Shown here: in pieces, positions 9,816 through 22,506 of the stretch
Position numbering within the stretch: the first letter of the stretch is position 1
Layout: each line of letters starts with the position of its first letter
Source of the DNA: an uncultured Deinococcaceae bacterium
Lineage (GTDB): Bacteria > Deinococcota > Deinococci > Deinococcales > Deinococcaceae
Assembly: GCA_964252075.1 (NCBI GenBank)
Contig: CAXULY010000003.1
Coordinates: 145,469 to 209,468 of the forward strand
Direction: 5' to 3'
DNA length: 64,000 nt
Program-made: the position numbers and the translations under genes
The notes under the pieces: model-generated
Seen by the model: only the letters and a program-made list of their open reading frames with translations
The model's database searches: none
Told to the model about the DNA's origin: nothing

Positions 9816-10268
9816 TCATAGGGCCACCCGCGCGCCCGCGCTGAGGCCGAGGCCCGCTTCGAGGCGGTGGAGGGCGCCGTCGAGGCGTTCGAGCTCCCCG
9901 GCGGGGAGGTCCAGGCGCGGCTCGAGTTCCTGGCGGATGATCTGGCGGGCCGCGTGGAGCGCCTGCTGGCCCTTTCCGGTCAGGTGCATGCGGTGGCGGC
10001 GCAGGTCGCTGGGGTCCATCTGGCGTTCGATGTGGCCGCGCGCGACGAGTCCGTCGAGCAGGCGGCTGGTGGTGGGGAGCGGCGTGCCGAGCACCGCGCC
10101 GATGGTGCTGGGGTAGGCGTGGCCCTCGTCGATGGCGAGCAGGGCGAGGAGTTCGCCGGAGCGCAGGCCGAGTTCGCGGGTGAGGGTGGGCTGCACGAGC
10201 AGTGAGCAGGCGCGCGCGAGGCGCCGCATGCGGCCCACGAGGCCGAGGGGAGTGACGGAGCTGGTCAT
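9816..10268 (-). CDS. MarR family transcriptional regulator
   Basis: TTSRLLDGLVARGHIER..DPSDLRR...LTGKG. Confidence 0.9.
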   Translation of the reverse strand: MTSSVTPLGLVGRMRRLARACSLLVQPTLTRELGLRSGELLALLAIDEGHAYPSTIGAVLGTPLPTTSRLLDGLVARGHIERQMDPSDLRRHRMHLTGKGQQALHAARQIIRQELEPRLDLPAGELERLDGALHRLEAGLGLSAGARVAL

Positions 10269-10288
10269 GGGGCCAGCCTCAGCGAATC

Positions 10289-10306
10289 TACTTCCATATA
10301 GAAATA
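10289..10306. promoter_or_regulatory. AT-rich imperfect palindrome TACTTCCATATAGAAATA; candidate MarR operator
   Basis: 14/18 self-complementary, flanked by GAATC/GATTC, about 20 nt upstream of the marR start. Confidence 0.6.
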
Positions 10307-10440
10307 TTGATTCCTAAAGCAGTTGTGCGCCAGCGCCCGCGTCACAAACTAAGCAAAGGCTCACGCTTCAGTCCACCAGCGGTGAAGGCCGCTTTACGGC
10401 CACCTCAACCGCACCGCCACCCCACATGCCAGGGTGGCCC

Positions 10441-10665
10441 ATGACCGACAACCACGACACCCACAACTCCCCGCAAAAACACCGCAGCTTCGACAGCGAG
10501 AGCGCCACCAAAATGCCCAACAACGACAGCCGCGGCGTCGTGCAGGACCAGCCCGGCACCACCGAGACGGGCCTCGCCACCGAGGACAACAGCGGCGACG
10601 GCTTCCTCACGCCCGGCACGCCCGGCATTGAATCCAGCACGGACGACAACCTCACCGACGAGTAA
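10441..10665 (+). CDS. Small acidic, probably disordered hypothetical protein
   Basis: 74 aa, D/E/T/N/G-rich, strong C-ending codon bias, followed by a long hairpin. Confidence 0.65.
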   Translation: MTDNHDTHNSPQKHRSFDSESATKMPNNDSRGVVQDQPGTTETGLATEDNSGDGFLTPGTPGIESSTDDNLTDE

Positions 10666-10706
10666 ACCGTGAGGCGACCACCCGCCCCACCAAGGCTCAC
10701 TTCCAG

Positions 10707-10754
10707 CGCAGGGCCAGCGGGTGACGCAGCTGTGCGTCACCCGCTGGCCTTGCG
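10707..10754. terminator. 22-bp stem hairpin
   Basis: cgcagggccagcgggtgacgca-gctg-tgcgtcacccgctggccttgcg. Confidence 0.7.
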
Positions 10755-10760
10755 TCCCTC

Positions 10761-10916
10761 AAAAAAGAAGCGCGGACTGGGACCATGGCCTCAGATCCGC
10801 GCGCCAACGCCTGAGCACCGTCTGGTGCTCAGACCCGGGGTAATCGACGATGGGTGGCGCTGTCTGAACTGGACGCCAGCGCCCCCACCCTCCCGCTGAT
10901 GCGGCGCGGTGAGCGG
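10761..10916 (-). ncRNA. Candidate structured sRNA (or 3'UTR of the DUF1802 gene)
   Basis: Three to four consecutive hairpins ending in stem plus TTCTTTTTT; TG-n-CATGAT extended -10 at 10923-10931. Confidence 0.35.
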
Positions 10917-10939
10917 TCACGCATCATGCCAGCCTGACT

Positions 10940-11521
<582 letters not shown>

Positions 11522-11610
11522 GCGCTGAGGCTAGCGCAGGGCCGGGCACGGTGACGGTGGTGCCCTGCGCGTTGCTGAGCCCTTCTGTGCTGTCGTGGGG
11601 TGGTGGCGGC

Positions 11611-11624
11611 TGGAAGCGCTTCCT
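11611..11624. promoter_or_regulatory. LacI-family operator TGGAAGCGCTTCCT
   Basis: Palindrome with central CG upstream of the lacI-family gene. Confidence 0.75.
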
Positions 11625-11656
11625 CTGTGACCTTGGTCCAACGTTGAGTGCATGCA

Positions 11657-11685
11657 TTGACAGCGCTTGCAGAAACACGTAGTCT
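11657..11685 (+). promoter_or_regulatory. Sigma70 promoter TTGACA-17-TAGTCT overlapped by a second LacI-type site TGACAGCGCTTGCA
   Basis: Consensus -35 and 17-nt spacer seen directly. Confidence 0.8.
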
Positions 11686-11743
11686 CTCCTTGTCAACAGC
11701 AAACCAGCGCCTCGCTCCACGGACACGTCCGGCAGGGGAACAC

Positions 11744-12793
11744 ATGACTGCGAGTGAAATTACAATTGATGATGTCGCTCGCGCTGCTGGCGTGTCACCC
11801 AGCACGGTCTCCCGCGTCCTGAGCGGACGCACGAACGTCGCCGCGAACAAGCGCGAACTCGTGCTGAAGACGGTCCAGGAGATGGGCTACCTGCCTAACC
11901 CCACCGCGCGCGTGCTGGCCGGCGGTCGCTCCATGAGCATCGGGGTGCTGACGCAGGACATCACCAGCCCCTTTTACGGCGAGGTCATTCACGGCATTCA
12001 GCAGGGCCTGCGGGGCAGTTTTTACCAGCCGCTGTTCGCCAGCGGCCACTGGGACCTCGACGCCGAAGACAGCGCTTTCAAAATGCTCATGAGCCGCCGC
12101 GTGGACGCGCTGATCGTGCTGGGCACCCACACGCCCGACGAGGACCTGCTCGCCGTCACGCAGAAAATGCCGGTGGTGACGGTGGGTCGCCTCATCGGCG
12201 GCAACCCCTACTCCGGGTACAAGCTCGACAACGTGCAGGCCGCCCGCACCGCCGTGCGGCACCTGCTGGACCTCGGGCACCAGCGCATCGCGCACATCGC
12301 TGGCCCGCAGCACCACAGCGACGCCCGCGACCGCCTGGAAGGCTACCGCCAGGAACTCGCCGCGGCGGGCCTGCCCTTCGACGCCCGCATCGTGGCGGAA
12401 GGCGACTTCATGGAGACCAGCGGCCTGATGGCCATGGAGGCCCTCATCGCGCGCGGCGTGCCCTTCACCGCGATCTTCTCCGCGAACGACCAGATGGCGT
12501 TCGGCGCGCGCCTGGCGCTCTTCCGGCGCAACCTGCGGGTGCCGGAGGACATCTCGCTCGTCGGCTTCGACGACATTCCCGGCTCCTCCTTCATCACGCC
12601 GCCCCTCACCACCATCCGCCAGCCGAACTACGACCTCGGCATGGCGGCGGCCCGCGCGGTGCTGCACTTCCTGAATGACCAGCCCGTCCAGAACGCGTCC
12701 TTCACCGCCGACCTCGTCGCGCGTGAATCCACCGCCCGCGTGCGCCCCGGCGCACCCACCACCCGCCGCAGGGCGTCCCGGGAGCTGCCATGA
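11744..12793 (+). CDS. LacI family transcriptional regulator
   Basis: ITIDDVARAAGVSPSTVSRVL HTH; VPEDISLVGFDD; PPLTTIRQP. Confidence 0.95.
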   Translation: MTASEITIDDVARAAGVSPSTVSRVLSGRTNVAANKRELVLKTVQEMGYLPNPTARVLAGGRSMSIGVLTQDITSPFYGEVIHGIQQGLRGSFYQPLFASGHWDLDAEDSAFKMLMSRRVDALIVLGTHTPDEDLLAVTQKMPVVTVGRLIGGNPYSGYKLDNVQAARTAVRHLLDLGHQRIAHIAGPQHHSDARDRLEGYRQELAAAGLPFDARIVAEGDFMETSGLMAMEALIARGVPFTAIFSANDQMAFGARLALFRRNLRVPEDISLVGFDDIPGSSFITPPLTTIRQPNYDLGMAAARAVLHFLNDQPVQNASFTADLVARESTARVRPGAPTTRRRASRELP

Positions 12794-12880
12794 ACTCGTC
12801 CTGATCACGCGCGGCATGGCAACCCCCGCACTTCGGTCCACTTCGCATGCTCCGGCATGCCCATTTCTGGAGGAACACCT

Positions 12881-14134
12881 ATGTCCACCAAGCGCTCTTT
12901 TGCCCTCACCGCCCTGCTCGCCATCGCCGCCATGGCCAGCGCCCAGAAGACCGTCATCACCATCGGGGTGTTTCCTGACCTCGACAGCGTGGTGAAGGCC
13001 GCCCTGCCTGGCTTCTACAAGGCCAACCCGAACATCGAGGTGAAGCTCAACTCCCTCGCGTACGCCGACCACCACGACGCCCTCACGACCGCCCTCTCCA
13101 CCGGCAAAGGTGCGAACGACGTGGAAGCCATCGACTTCGGCTACATCGCGCGCTTCGCCGAAGGCAACGGCATGACGGACCTCAGCAAGGCGCCCTACAA
13201 CGCCCTGCAGTACCGCTCGCAGTTCGTGGCGTACACCTTCCCGCAGGCCACCTCGCAAGACGGCCGCCTCGCGGGCATGCCGACGGACGTGGGCCCCGGC
13301 TCGATGTTCTACCGCGTGGACATGCTGAAGAAGGCCGGCGTGCTGCCCTCGCAGCTGAACGCCAGCTGGGAGTCGTACATCGCCAACGGCAAGAAGGTCG
13401 TCGCCGCGAACCCCGGCGCGTTCCTGCTGCCCGACGCCAGCGAAGCGGAATCCATCATCATCCGCACGGGCCTGAAGGCCGGCGAGGGCGTGTACTTCGA
13501 CAAGAGCGGCAAGACCGTCGTGAGCCCCACCAACCCGCGCTTCGTGCGCGCCTTCACAGTCGCCAAGGCCATCCGTGACGCGAAGCTGGACGCCAAGGCC
13601 GGCGCGGCCTTCTCGCCCGAGTGGACGACCGCCTTCCAGAAGGGCAACCTCGCCACGGAGTTCAGCGGCGCGTGGCTGGTCGGCCACATGCAGAACTGGC
13701 TCGCCAAGGACTACGCGGGCAAGTGGAACGCGCAGAACCTGCCGGGCAACACCTACGCCAGCTGGGGCGGATCCTTCTGGGGCATCCCCGCGCAGAGCCA
13801 GCACAAGACCGAAGCCTGGGCGCTCATCAAGTACCTGACGACGAACCCCTCGCAGGAAGTGCTGGCGTTCAAGACCACGGGCGCCTTCCCCGCGCTGAAG
13901 GCCGCGCAGACGGACGGCATCTTCAACGAGGGCGTGCCGTACCTCGCCAACCAGAAGGCCCGCATCCTGTGGCGCTCGGCCGCCGCGAAGATCCAGCCGA
14001 TCGACGTGAACCGCCTGGACCCCATCGCGGACCAGATCGTGAACGACGCGCTCACCACCGTGCTGAACGGCACCGCGAACATCCAGCAGGCCCTCACGGA
14101 CGCCCAGCGCCTCATCGAGCGCCGCGCCCGCTGA
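12881..14134 (+). CDS. Carbohydrate ABC transporter substrate-binding protein
   Basis: Signal peptide ending ASA, SD GGAGG, GMPTDVGPGSMFYRVD, SWGGSFWGIP. Confidence 0.92.
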   Translation: MSTKRSFALTALLAIAAMASAQKTVITIGVFPDLDSVVKAALPGFYKANPNIEVKLNSLAYADHHDALTTALSTGKGANDVEAIDFGYIARFAEGNGMTDLSKAPYNALQYRSQFVAYTFPQATSQDGRLAGMPTDVGPGSMFYRVDMLKKAGVLPSQLNASWESYIANGKKVVAANPGAFLLPDASEAESIIIRTGLKAGEGVYFDKSGKTVVSPTNPRFVRAFTVAKAIRDAKLDAKAGAAFSPEWTTAFQKGNLATEFSGAWLVGHMQNWLAKDYAGKWNAQNLPGNTYASWGGSFWGIPAQSQHKTEAWALIKYLTTNPSQEVLAFKTTGAFPALKAAQTDGIFNEGVPYLANQKARILWRSAAAKIQPIDVNRLDPIADQIVNDALTTVLNGTANIQQALTDAQRLIERRAR

Positions 14135-14216
14135 TTCACGGCGCGCACCCTGCGCGCTGAGGGGCGCGGCCACGCGCCGCCCCCTCACCCCCGCGCCCGT
14201 CACGCGTTCCCGCTCC

Positions 14217-14260
14217 GACCAGATGAACGACCAGGGGCCGACCCTGTCGTTCATCTGGTC
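14217..14260 (+). other. 15-bp intergenic stem-loop between SBP and permease (mRNA stabiliser or attenuator)
   Basis: gaccagatgaacgac / gtcgttcatctggtc. Confidence 0.6.
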
Positions 14261-14288
14261 ACCGCCTTGACACCCTGAGGGACCACCT

Positions 14289-15272
<984 letters not shown>

Positions 15273-15273
15273 C

Positions 15274-16143
<870 letters not shown>

Positions 16144-16247
16144 GCCGCCCCGCCCCCCCGACCGGGGTGCGCCCCGGTCGGTTCCCCACCCCGCCCCCTC
16201 TCGCCCGGTGGCCCGCTGCGGCCACCGGTCCCGCACTGGAGCCCCGA

Positions 16248-17570
<1,323 letters not shown>

Positions 17571-17586
17571 CGCGACACCCACAGGC

Positions 17587-17618
17587 GGTGGGCCGGGACT
17601 TTTCCCGGCCCACCTTTT
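17587..17618 (+). terminator. Rho-independent terminator
   Basis: ggtgggccggga / tcccggcccacc plus TTTT. Confidence 0.85.
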
Positions 17619-17799
17619 GATTTGGTGGCGCACCCACTCGCCTCCGACCTCTGCTTCAAGCGACGTCTCATGCCGCTCCCGCACCCTACGTCTGCTGATC
17701 AACGGATTCCGATGCCCAGCGGGCGCGTAAGGCCCATCAGATACCTGTACGGCAGGCGACGAATCGCGGTGTAGCGCGTGAACGCACGCGGCCACTGCC

Positions 17800-17990
17800 T
17801 CCCCTGCTTGCGCAGGAGGCCTTTAAAGCCGCGTACTCGGACGCCGAACTCGTGCCGCTAGGCCACCCATGGCTCCCACCAGCGAGGGCTCTGCTGGTGG
17901 AAGGGCTTCACCAACGCGCAGCACCGCTCGATGCTGGCTCTACGCCTCACCTGCCCGGAGTGCGGCGTGAACTGTCTGCAAGAGGCTGCG
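17800..17990 (+). pseudogene. Probable remnant of a GT9 (heptosyltransferase-like) glycosyltransferase
   Basis: Fragments in two frames, AFKAAYSDAELVPLGHPW and GLCWWKGFTNA..HRSMLALRLTCPECGVNC, resemble GT9 N- and C-terminal segments; no intact ORF. Confidence 0.4.
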
Positions 17991-18024
17991 CGGCGTATGG
18001 CTGGCGGCGCGCTAGCATCCCCCT

Positions 18025-18681
18025 GTGGAGGACCTCGGGTTCATCTTCGACATGGACGGCGTGCTGGCCAACACCGTGGAACCGCACTACCGTTCCTGGC
18101 AGCGCCTTGCGGACGAGGAGGGCCTGCCCTTCACGCGTGCGGACAACGTGCTCCTGTTGGGCCGCAGCCGCACGGACGCGCTGCGGCTCTTCCTGGGCGG
18201 GCGGTCCCTCCCCGAGCACCACGAACGGCAGTGGATGGAGCGCAAGAACCGCTACTTCCTGGAGGAGATGGAGGCTTTCGGGCCGCAACACGCGCTGCCT
18301 GGAGTGCCCATGCTGCTGCACGCTGCGCGCGCCCGCGGCGTGCGACTGGCGGTGGCCTCGTCAAGCCGCAACGCGCGCGCGGTGCTGAAGAGGCTGCACC
18401 TCATGGACCTTTTCGAGGTGATTGCGGACGGCGCGACCGTCGCCCGCGCCAAACCTTCTCCGGACATTTTCGTGTGGACGGCGGGCGCACTACACCTCCC
18501 ACCGCGCCGCTGCGTGGTATTCGAGGACGCCGCTGCGGGTGTGGAGGCCGCCCTTGCGGGCGGCTTCAAGGTGGTGGGACTGGGTGGTGGCCCAGGTACG
18601 GAGGCTGCCCACATACAGCGCGCGGGACTGAGTGACGCCGTTGTGGCGGACTTCATCTCCCTCTTGGATGGCATGAGCTGA
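18025..18681 (+). CDS. HAD-superfamily hydrolase, beta-phosphoglucomutase-like
   Basis: FDMDGVLANT, VASSSRNA, KPSPDIF, VVFEDAAAG; TAGCAT 5 nt before GTG. Confidence 0.9.
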   Translation: MEDLGFIFDMDGVLANTVEPHYRSWQRLADEEGLPFTRADNVLLLGRSRTDALRLFLGGRSLPEHHERQWMERKNRYFLEEMEAFGPQHALPGVPMLLHAARARGVRLAVASSSRNARAVLKRLHLMDLFEVIADGATVARAKPSPDIFVWTAGALHLPPRRCVVFEDAAAGVEAALAGGFKVVGLGGGPGTEAAHIQRAGLSDAVVADFISLLDGMS

Positions 18682-18719
18682 GGCTCAACACCGCGTACCT
18701 CACACAGCGGTTAGGCATG

Positions 18720-18965
18720 CGGAAACAATGGTGTTGCCCGCCCGCGCGCCGGGCTGTAAAGACTACACCGTGCCACCAGGCCCCGCTTTTATTCCCAGCC
18801 GCGTCGCGACGCTCCGCCAGACCGGCTCGCATGCGGAGGGCAACGGTGACAGTCCTGCTCATGACCTTGGAGCGCGTCACACGCACAATCAGCCCTGGGT
18901 CGCGCCCGTCACTGCATCTTGGCCCGCTGCCACCGCATACTCCGCGCCGTGCCCGACACCGCTGA
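18720..18965 (+). pseudogene. Possible second GT9 remnant
   Basis: Fragments GNGDSPAH and PPHTPRRARHR resemble GT9 NxxGPAH and PQHTPW motifs; frames broken. Confidence 0.25.
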
Positions 18966-19013
18966 AGTGAATGTCACCCTTTCCACCTGACCCGCTCCCA
19001 TTCCGCAAGGAGG

Positions 19014-19985
19014 TTGAACCCTGTGCGCCGACTCCGCATTCTGACCTGGCACATCCATGGCAGTTACCTGTACTACCTCACGCAGGCGCCGCACGACTTC
19101 TACCTGCCCGTCCGCCCTGGTGGAGAACCGGGTTACGGTGGCCGTGCGGGAGACTTCGCGTGGGGCGAGAACGTGCACGACGTACCCGCCGAGGACGTGG
19201 CGCGCGGCGAGTACGACGTGATCCTGTTCCAGTCGCGCCGCAACTGGGAACAGGACCAGTTTGAGATCCTGTCCGAAGCCCAGCGGCGCGGCCCGCGCGT
19301 GTACCTGGAGCACGACCCTCCGCGCGAGTCCCCGACTGACACCCGCCATGTGGTGGACGACCCGGACGTGCTGTTGGTGCAGGTCACGGCCTTCAACGAC
19401 CTGATGTGGGACGCTGGTCGCACCCCGACGCGGGTGGTCGAGCACGGCGTGATCGTGCCGGAAGGCGCGCGCTACACGGGCGAACTGGAGCGTGGCCTGG
19501 TCGTGGTAAACAACCTCGCCACGCGCGGGCGTCGCCTGGGGTTGGATGTGTTCGAGCGGGCCCGAGCCGAACTCCCGCTGGACCTCACGGGCCTCGGCGC
19601 GGAGGTCCTGAACGGCTTGGGACCATTGTCGCTCGCGGACCTGCACCGCATGGAGGGCCGCTACCGGTTCTTCTTCAACCCCATCCGCTACACCAGCCTG
19701 GGACTCGCGGTGTGCGAGGCAATGATGGTAGGGATGCCCGTGGTGGCGCTCGCCACGACCGAGATGGCGACCGTCATCGAGAACGGCGTGAACGGGTACG
19801 CGGACACCAACGTGCGGAACCTGATGCACCGCATGCGTGAGCTGCTTGCGAATCCTACCCTCGCGTGGGAGCTGGGCGAGGGTGCGCGCCACACGGCGCT
19901 GGAGCGTTTTGGGATTGAGCGCTTCGCGCGCGACTGGAGCAACGTCTTCGCAGCGGTGACGGTCAATCGCGAATTCCAACGCTGA
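19014..19985 (+). CDS. GT4-like glycosyltransferase
   Basis: RLRILTWHIHGSYLYYL N-terminus; TSLGLAVCEAMMVGMPVV GT-B motif; SD AAGGAGG. Confidence 0.85.
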   Translation: MNPVRRLRILTWHIHGSYLYYLTQAPHDFYLPVRPGGEPGYGGRAGDFAWGENVHDVPAEDVARGEYDVILFQSRRNWEQDQFEILSEAQRRGPRVYLEHDPPRESPTDTRHVVDDPDVLLVQVTAFNDLMWDAGRTPTRVVEHGVIVPEGARYTGELERGLVVVNNLATRGRRLGLDVFERARAELPLDLTGLGAEVLNGLGPLSLADLHRMEGRYRFFFNPIRYTSLGLAVCEAMMVGMPVVALATTEMATVIENGVNGYADTNVRNLMHRMRELLANPTLAWELGEGARHTALERFGIERFARDWSNVFAAVTVNREFQR

Positions 19986-20029
19986 CTGAACGTGCGATAA
20001 AGGCTCCATCCCCTATCAACGGCGTGCGT

Positions 20030-20113
20030 ATGCGCATCTCGATGATCAGCGAAGACGCCACGCTAAGGTGCGCCGACAGCATCTACGAACGGCTATCACC
20101 ATCTGCTGGCTGA
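20030..20113 (+). pseudogene. Internally deleted GT4 (MRIxMISEHA-type) remnant
   Basis: MRISMISEDA joined directly to a C-terminal-like DSIYERL, then stop. Confidence 0.45.
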
Positions 20114-20607
20114 GCACAAATCGCATGGAAGCGAGGTTTAAAGGCCAACTATTGCAGAATATACTGGTCACTCAAGAGCTAAGTGGAGTAAATTGGCTTG
20201 CAGGCTGTCTTTTTCTTTTGAATGAAGTTTTCAGTTGAGAGAAGAGGCGTATTGTCAAAGTAGTTAGTAATCTCTCCACCCTGATGCCCGCTGTTGGTTT
20301 TATTGCGAAGCGGCGGGCTGCACTTTCTCCACCTGTCTCCTGCAAATCGCCTCCCTTGCAGACGCTTACCTTCCAAATACATGTGATGTACCACAATCTA
20401 CAAAGATAGTACTAAAAGATCATATGTGATAATAATCGATACTAAATTGCAAAACGGTAATAGGTTTCAACCTTTAAGTTCAGAGCAGCCACCAAGTCTG
20501 AGTGTTAAAGTCGCAAGACATTTCGTCAACATACTCTGTAAGATTTGTCAAACCATTTGTATCAAAGTCAAAGCTATAGCTTTTTCCGTAAATTTAAGGC
20601 CATTTGT

Positions 20608-21999
20608 CTAATGCCTGTATGCTTCACCATCTAAAAGCAATGATTTTTTGTTGCTAGCTCCTATTGAGGGGAATACTCCAGAAAGTGCAGCTCCTAACAA
20701 CGCCCATATCGCCCCCTCAGTGTTGGGTATGGCGAACCAGAAAAGCATAAAAATGGAATACGACAATAAAGATGCACTAAGCACAAAGCTTTTTGATCTT
20801 ACAAAAGCCCAAATAATTAAACTTATATACAATATAATTCCCGGAATGCCATACATAACGCCAACATCCAGTATTTGATTATGCGCTTTCCATGCCTCCC
20901 AAACATGAGGGACAGTCTTACCGTCTTTATTTTTTGCTATAACGACGTTGTCCAGCTTTTTGACCAGACGTTCGCCCATTTCATGGAGAAGATAGTTGTC
21001 CACCTCCTCTGGTTCGAGAAAATGAATCCAGTGTTGGTGAAACTGGCCACCTCCCCAACCTGTAAGTGGACGCGCAGCGATCCCACGATAAGCTGCTATC
21101 CATAAATATTTGCGGGAAATGCTCGACCCTTGATCTACAACTTTTTTGGACTCGTCACCTTGTTTAAAACGTGCGGCCTCTACTCCCAAAAAGCAGGAAG
21201 TTATGATGGCTATAGTGACTATGAGCGTTTGAAATCGATGAGAAGCAAATATAAACTTAAATACCATCACAAGCATCAAAGCTAGAAAGGCTGCTCTATT
21301 ACCTGTTGCTCCTATTGCAAGACATATGGGCACCAAAGCCCACCATGCCCACCGAACACGACTTGTGGCGGCTGCCGCACACCCAACGACTAACCATCCA
21401 GCAAGATGTCCTTTCTGTGGAAAATTAACGACAGGAACGTCCACACCATTGATTTTCCAAAATAGTAGTCCATGCCCCATGGCAAGTTCTACTAAACCCG
21501 CGATAGCAAGAACCATTGTTGAGGCAATTAAGGCGGCTATTATTTTGTAAAGCAGCTCTGAATCCCGTTTACTGCGAACATAAACTAAAGTAAGCACTGT
21601 TACAAGACCGACCATCCAAAGTGCGGAGTCACTAGAATCTATCCCACTACCAACCAGGGAAGCGGCAGAGTCGTCGGCGAAGATGCTAGCGACGAGCGTC
21701 CATAATCCGAACGCCCAGGCAAGTGCAATTGCTTTATTTCGCCATAGCCATTGAGGTAAAAAGCGCACATCCTTCAAACGTAATTCAGGACGGATAATGA
21801 TCTCGAATAAGCCAGCCAGCAGGATGAATACTCCCACGTAGTAGCTATGTAAGTACACGGTGCCAGCGCGGTCATTGGGAAGGACTCCGGGCCAAGCGAG
21901 CAGAGGGTACAGAAAGGTAAAAATGGGCCACAACCATCTGAGCACTTGCTCAGGAGTGGTTGTGGCTGTTATCTGACGTCCTTTGGTGGAAGCGGTCAT
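20608..21999 (-). CDS. O-antigen ligase/Wzy_C family membrane protein; probable pilin O-oligosaccharyltransferase
   Basis: About 12 TM helices; R..LW...I..RPLTGWGGG and AHNQILD..GIPG motifs; low GC; directly downstream of the pilin. Confidence 0.82.
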   Translation of the reverse strand: MTASTKGRQITATTTPEQVLRWLWPIFTFLYPLLAWPGVLPNDRAGTVYLHSYYVGVFILLAGLFEIIIRPELRLKDVRFLPQWLWRNKAIALAWAFGLWTLVASIFADDSAASLVGSGIDSSDSALWMVGLVTVLTLVYVRSKRDSELLYKIIAALIASTMVLAIAGLVELAMGHGLLFWKINGVDVPVVNFPQKGHLAGWLVVGCAAAATSRVRWAWWALVPICLAIGATGNRAAFLALMLVMVFKFIFASHRFQTLIVTIAIITSCFLGVEAARFKQGDESKKVVDQGSSISRKYLWIAAYRGIAARPLTGWGGGQFHQHWIHFLEPEEVDNYLLHEMGERLVKKLDNVVIAKNKDGKTVPHVWEAWKAHNQILDVGVMYGIPGIILYISLIIWAFVRSKSFVLSASLLSYSIFMLFWFAIPNTEGAIWALLGAALSGVFPSIGASNKKSLLLDGEAYRH

Positions 22000-22055
22000 A
22001 TACCTTAAATGGTAAAGATTATTTAAGGAAGAAAGACAATATTTGTGGACAAGGA

Positions 22056-22086
22056 AGGAGGCCAGCAGGCACGCTGCTGGCCTCCT
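22056..22086 (-). terminator. Hairpin after the pilin gene
   Basis: aggaggccagcag / ctgctggcctcct. Confidence 0.75.
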
Positions 22087-22107
22087 CTTTGCGTAGCTTA
22101 AGAACGC

Positions 22108-22506
22108 TTACTGGCCGTCCTTACCGTTGGTGGAGGTGTAGCTCAGCGCAGCATTTTTCACGACGACCGTGAAATCGTTCACGCCATTGGCGGCGACGGT
22201 GCAGTCGCCAGCGGCCACACCCGCAGGAGCGGCAGCCCAGCCGTAAGCCATGCCCGAGATGCTGCTGACCGCAGCGTTGCAGGTGTTGCCTGCTGCGGTG
22301 ACAATATTGGCCGCCGTGAGGGTGGTGTTGTCAGCCAGAGCGGCGGACAAGGCCTTGTACACATTGGAGCTGTGGGCCTGCACGGCACGCTTCTGCGCCG
22401 CGGCGCGGGCGCCCAGCAGGTTGGGGATCAGCACGGCGGCGAGGATACCGATGATGGCGATGACGATCAGCAGCTCGATCAGGGTGAAGCCAGCGGTCTT
22501 CTTCAT
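22108..22506 (-). CDS. Type IV pilin (probable major pilin)
   Basis: MKKTAG|FTLIELLIVIAIIGILAAVLIP prepilin cleavage motif; two Cys; SD AAGGAG; own terminator. Confidence 0.93.
   Translation of the reverse strand: MKKTAGFTLIELLIVIAIIGILAAVLIPNLLGARAAAQKRAVQAHSSNVYKALSAALADNTTLTAANIVTAAGNTCNAAVSSISGMAYGWAAAPAGVAAGDCTVAANGVNDFTVVVKNAALSYTSTNGKDGQ

Noticed and set aside
20172..20611. Short ORFs in the AT-rich stretch after the ligase-like gene
   Set aside because: No SD, no recognisable motif, several competing frames; treated as non-coding or decayed
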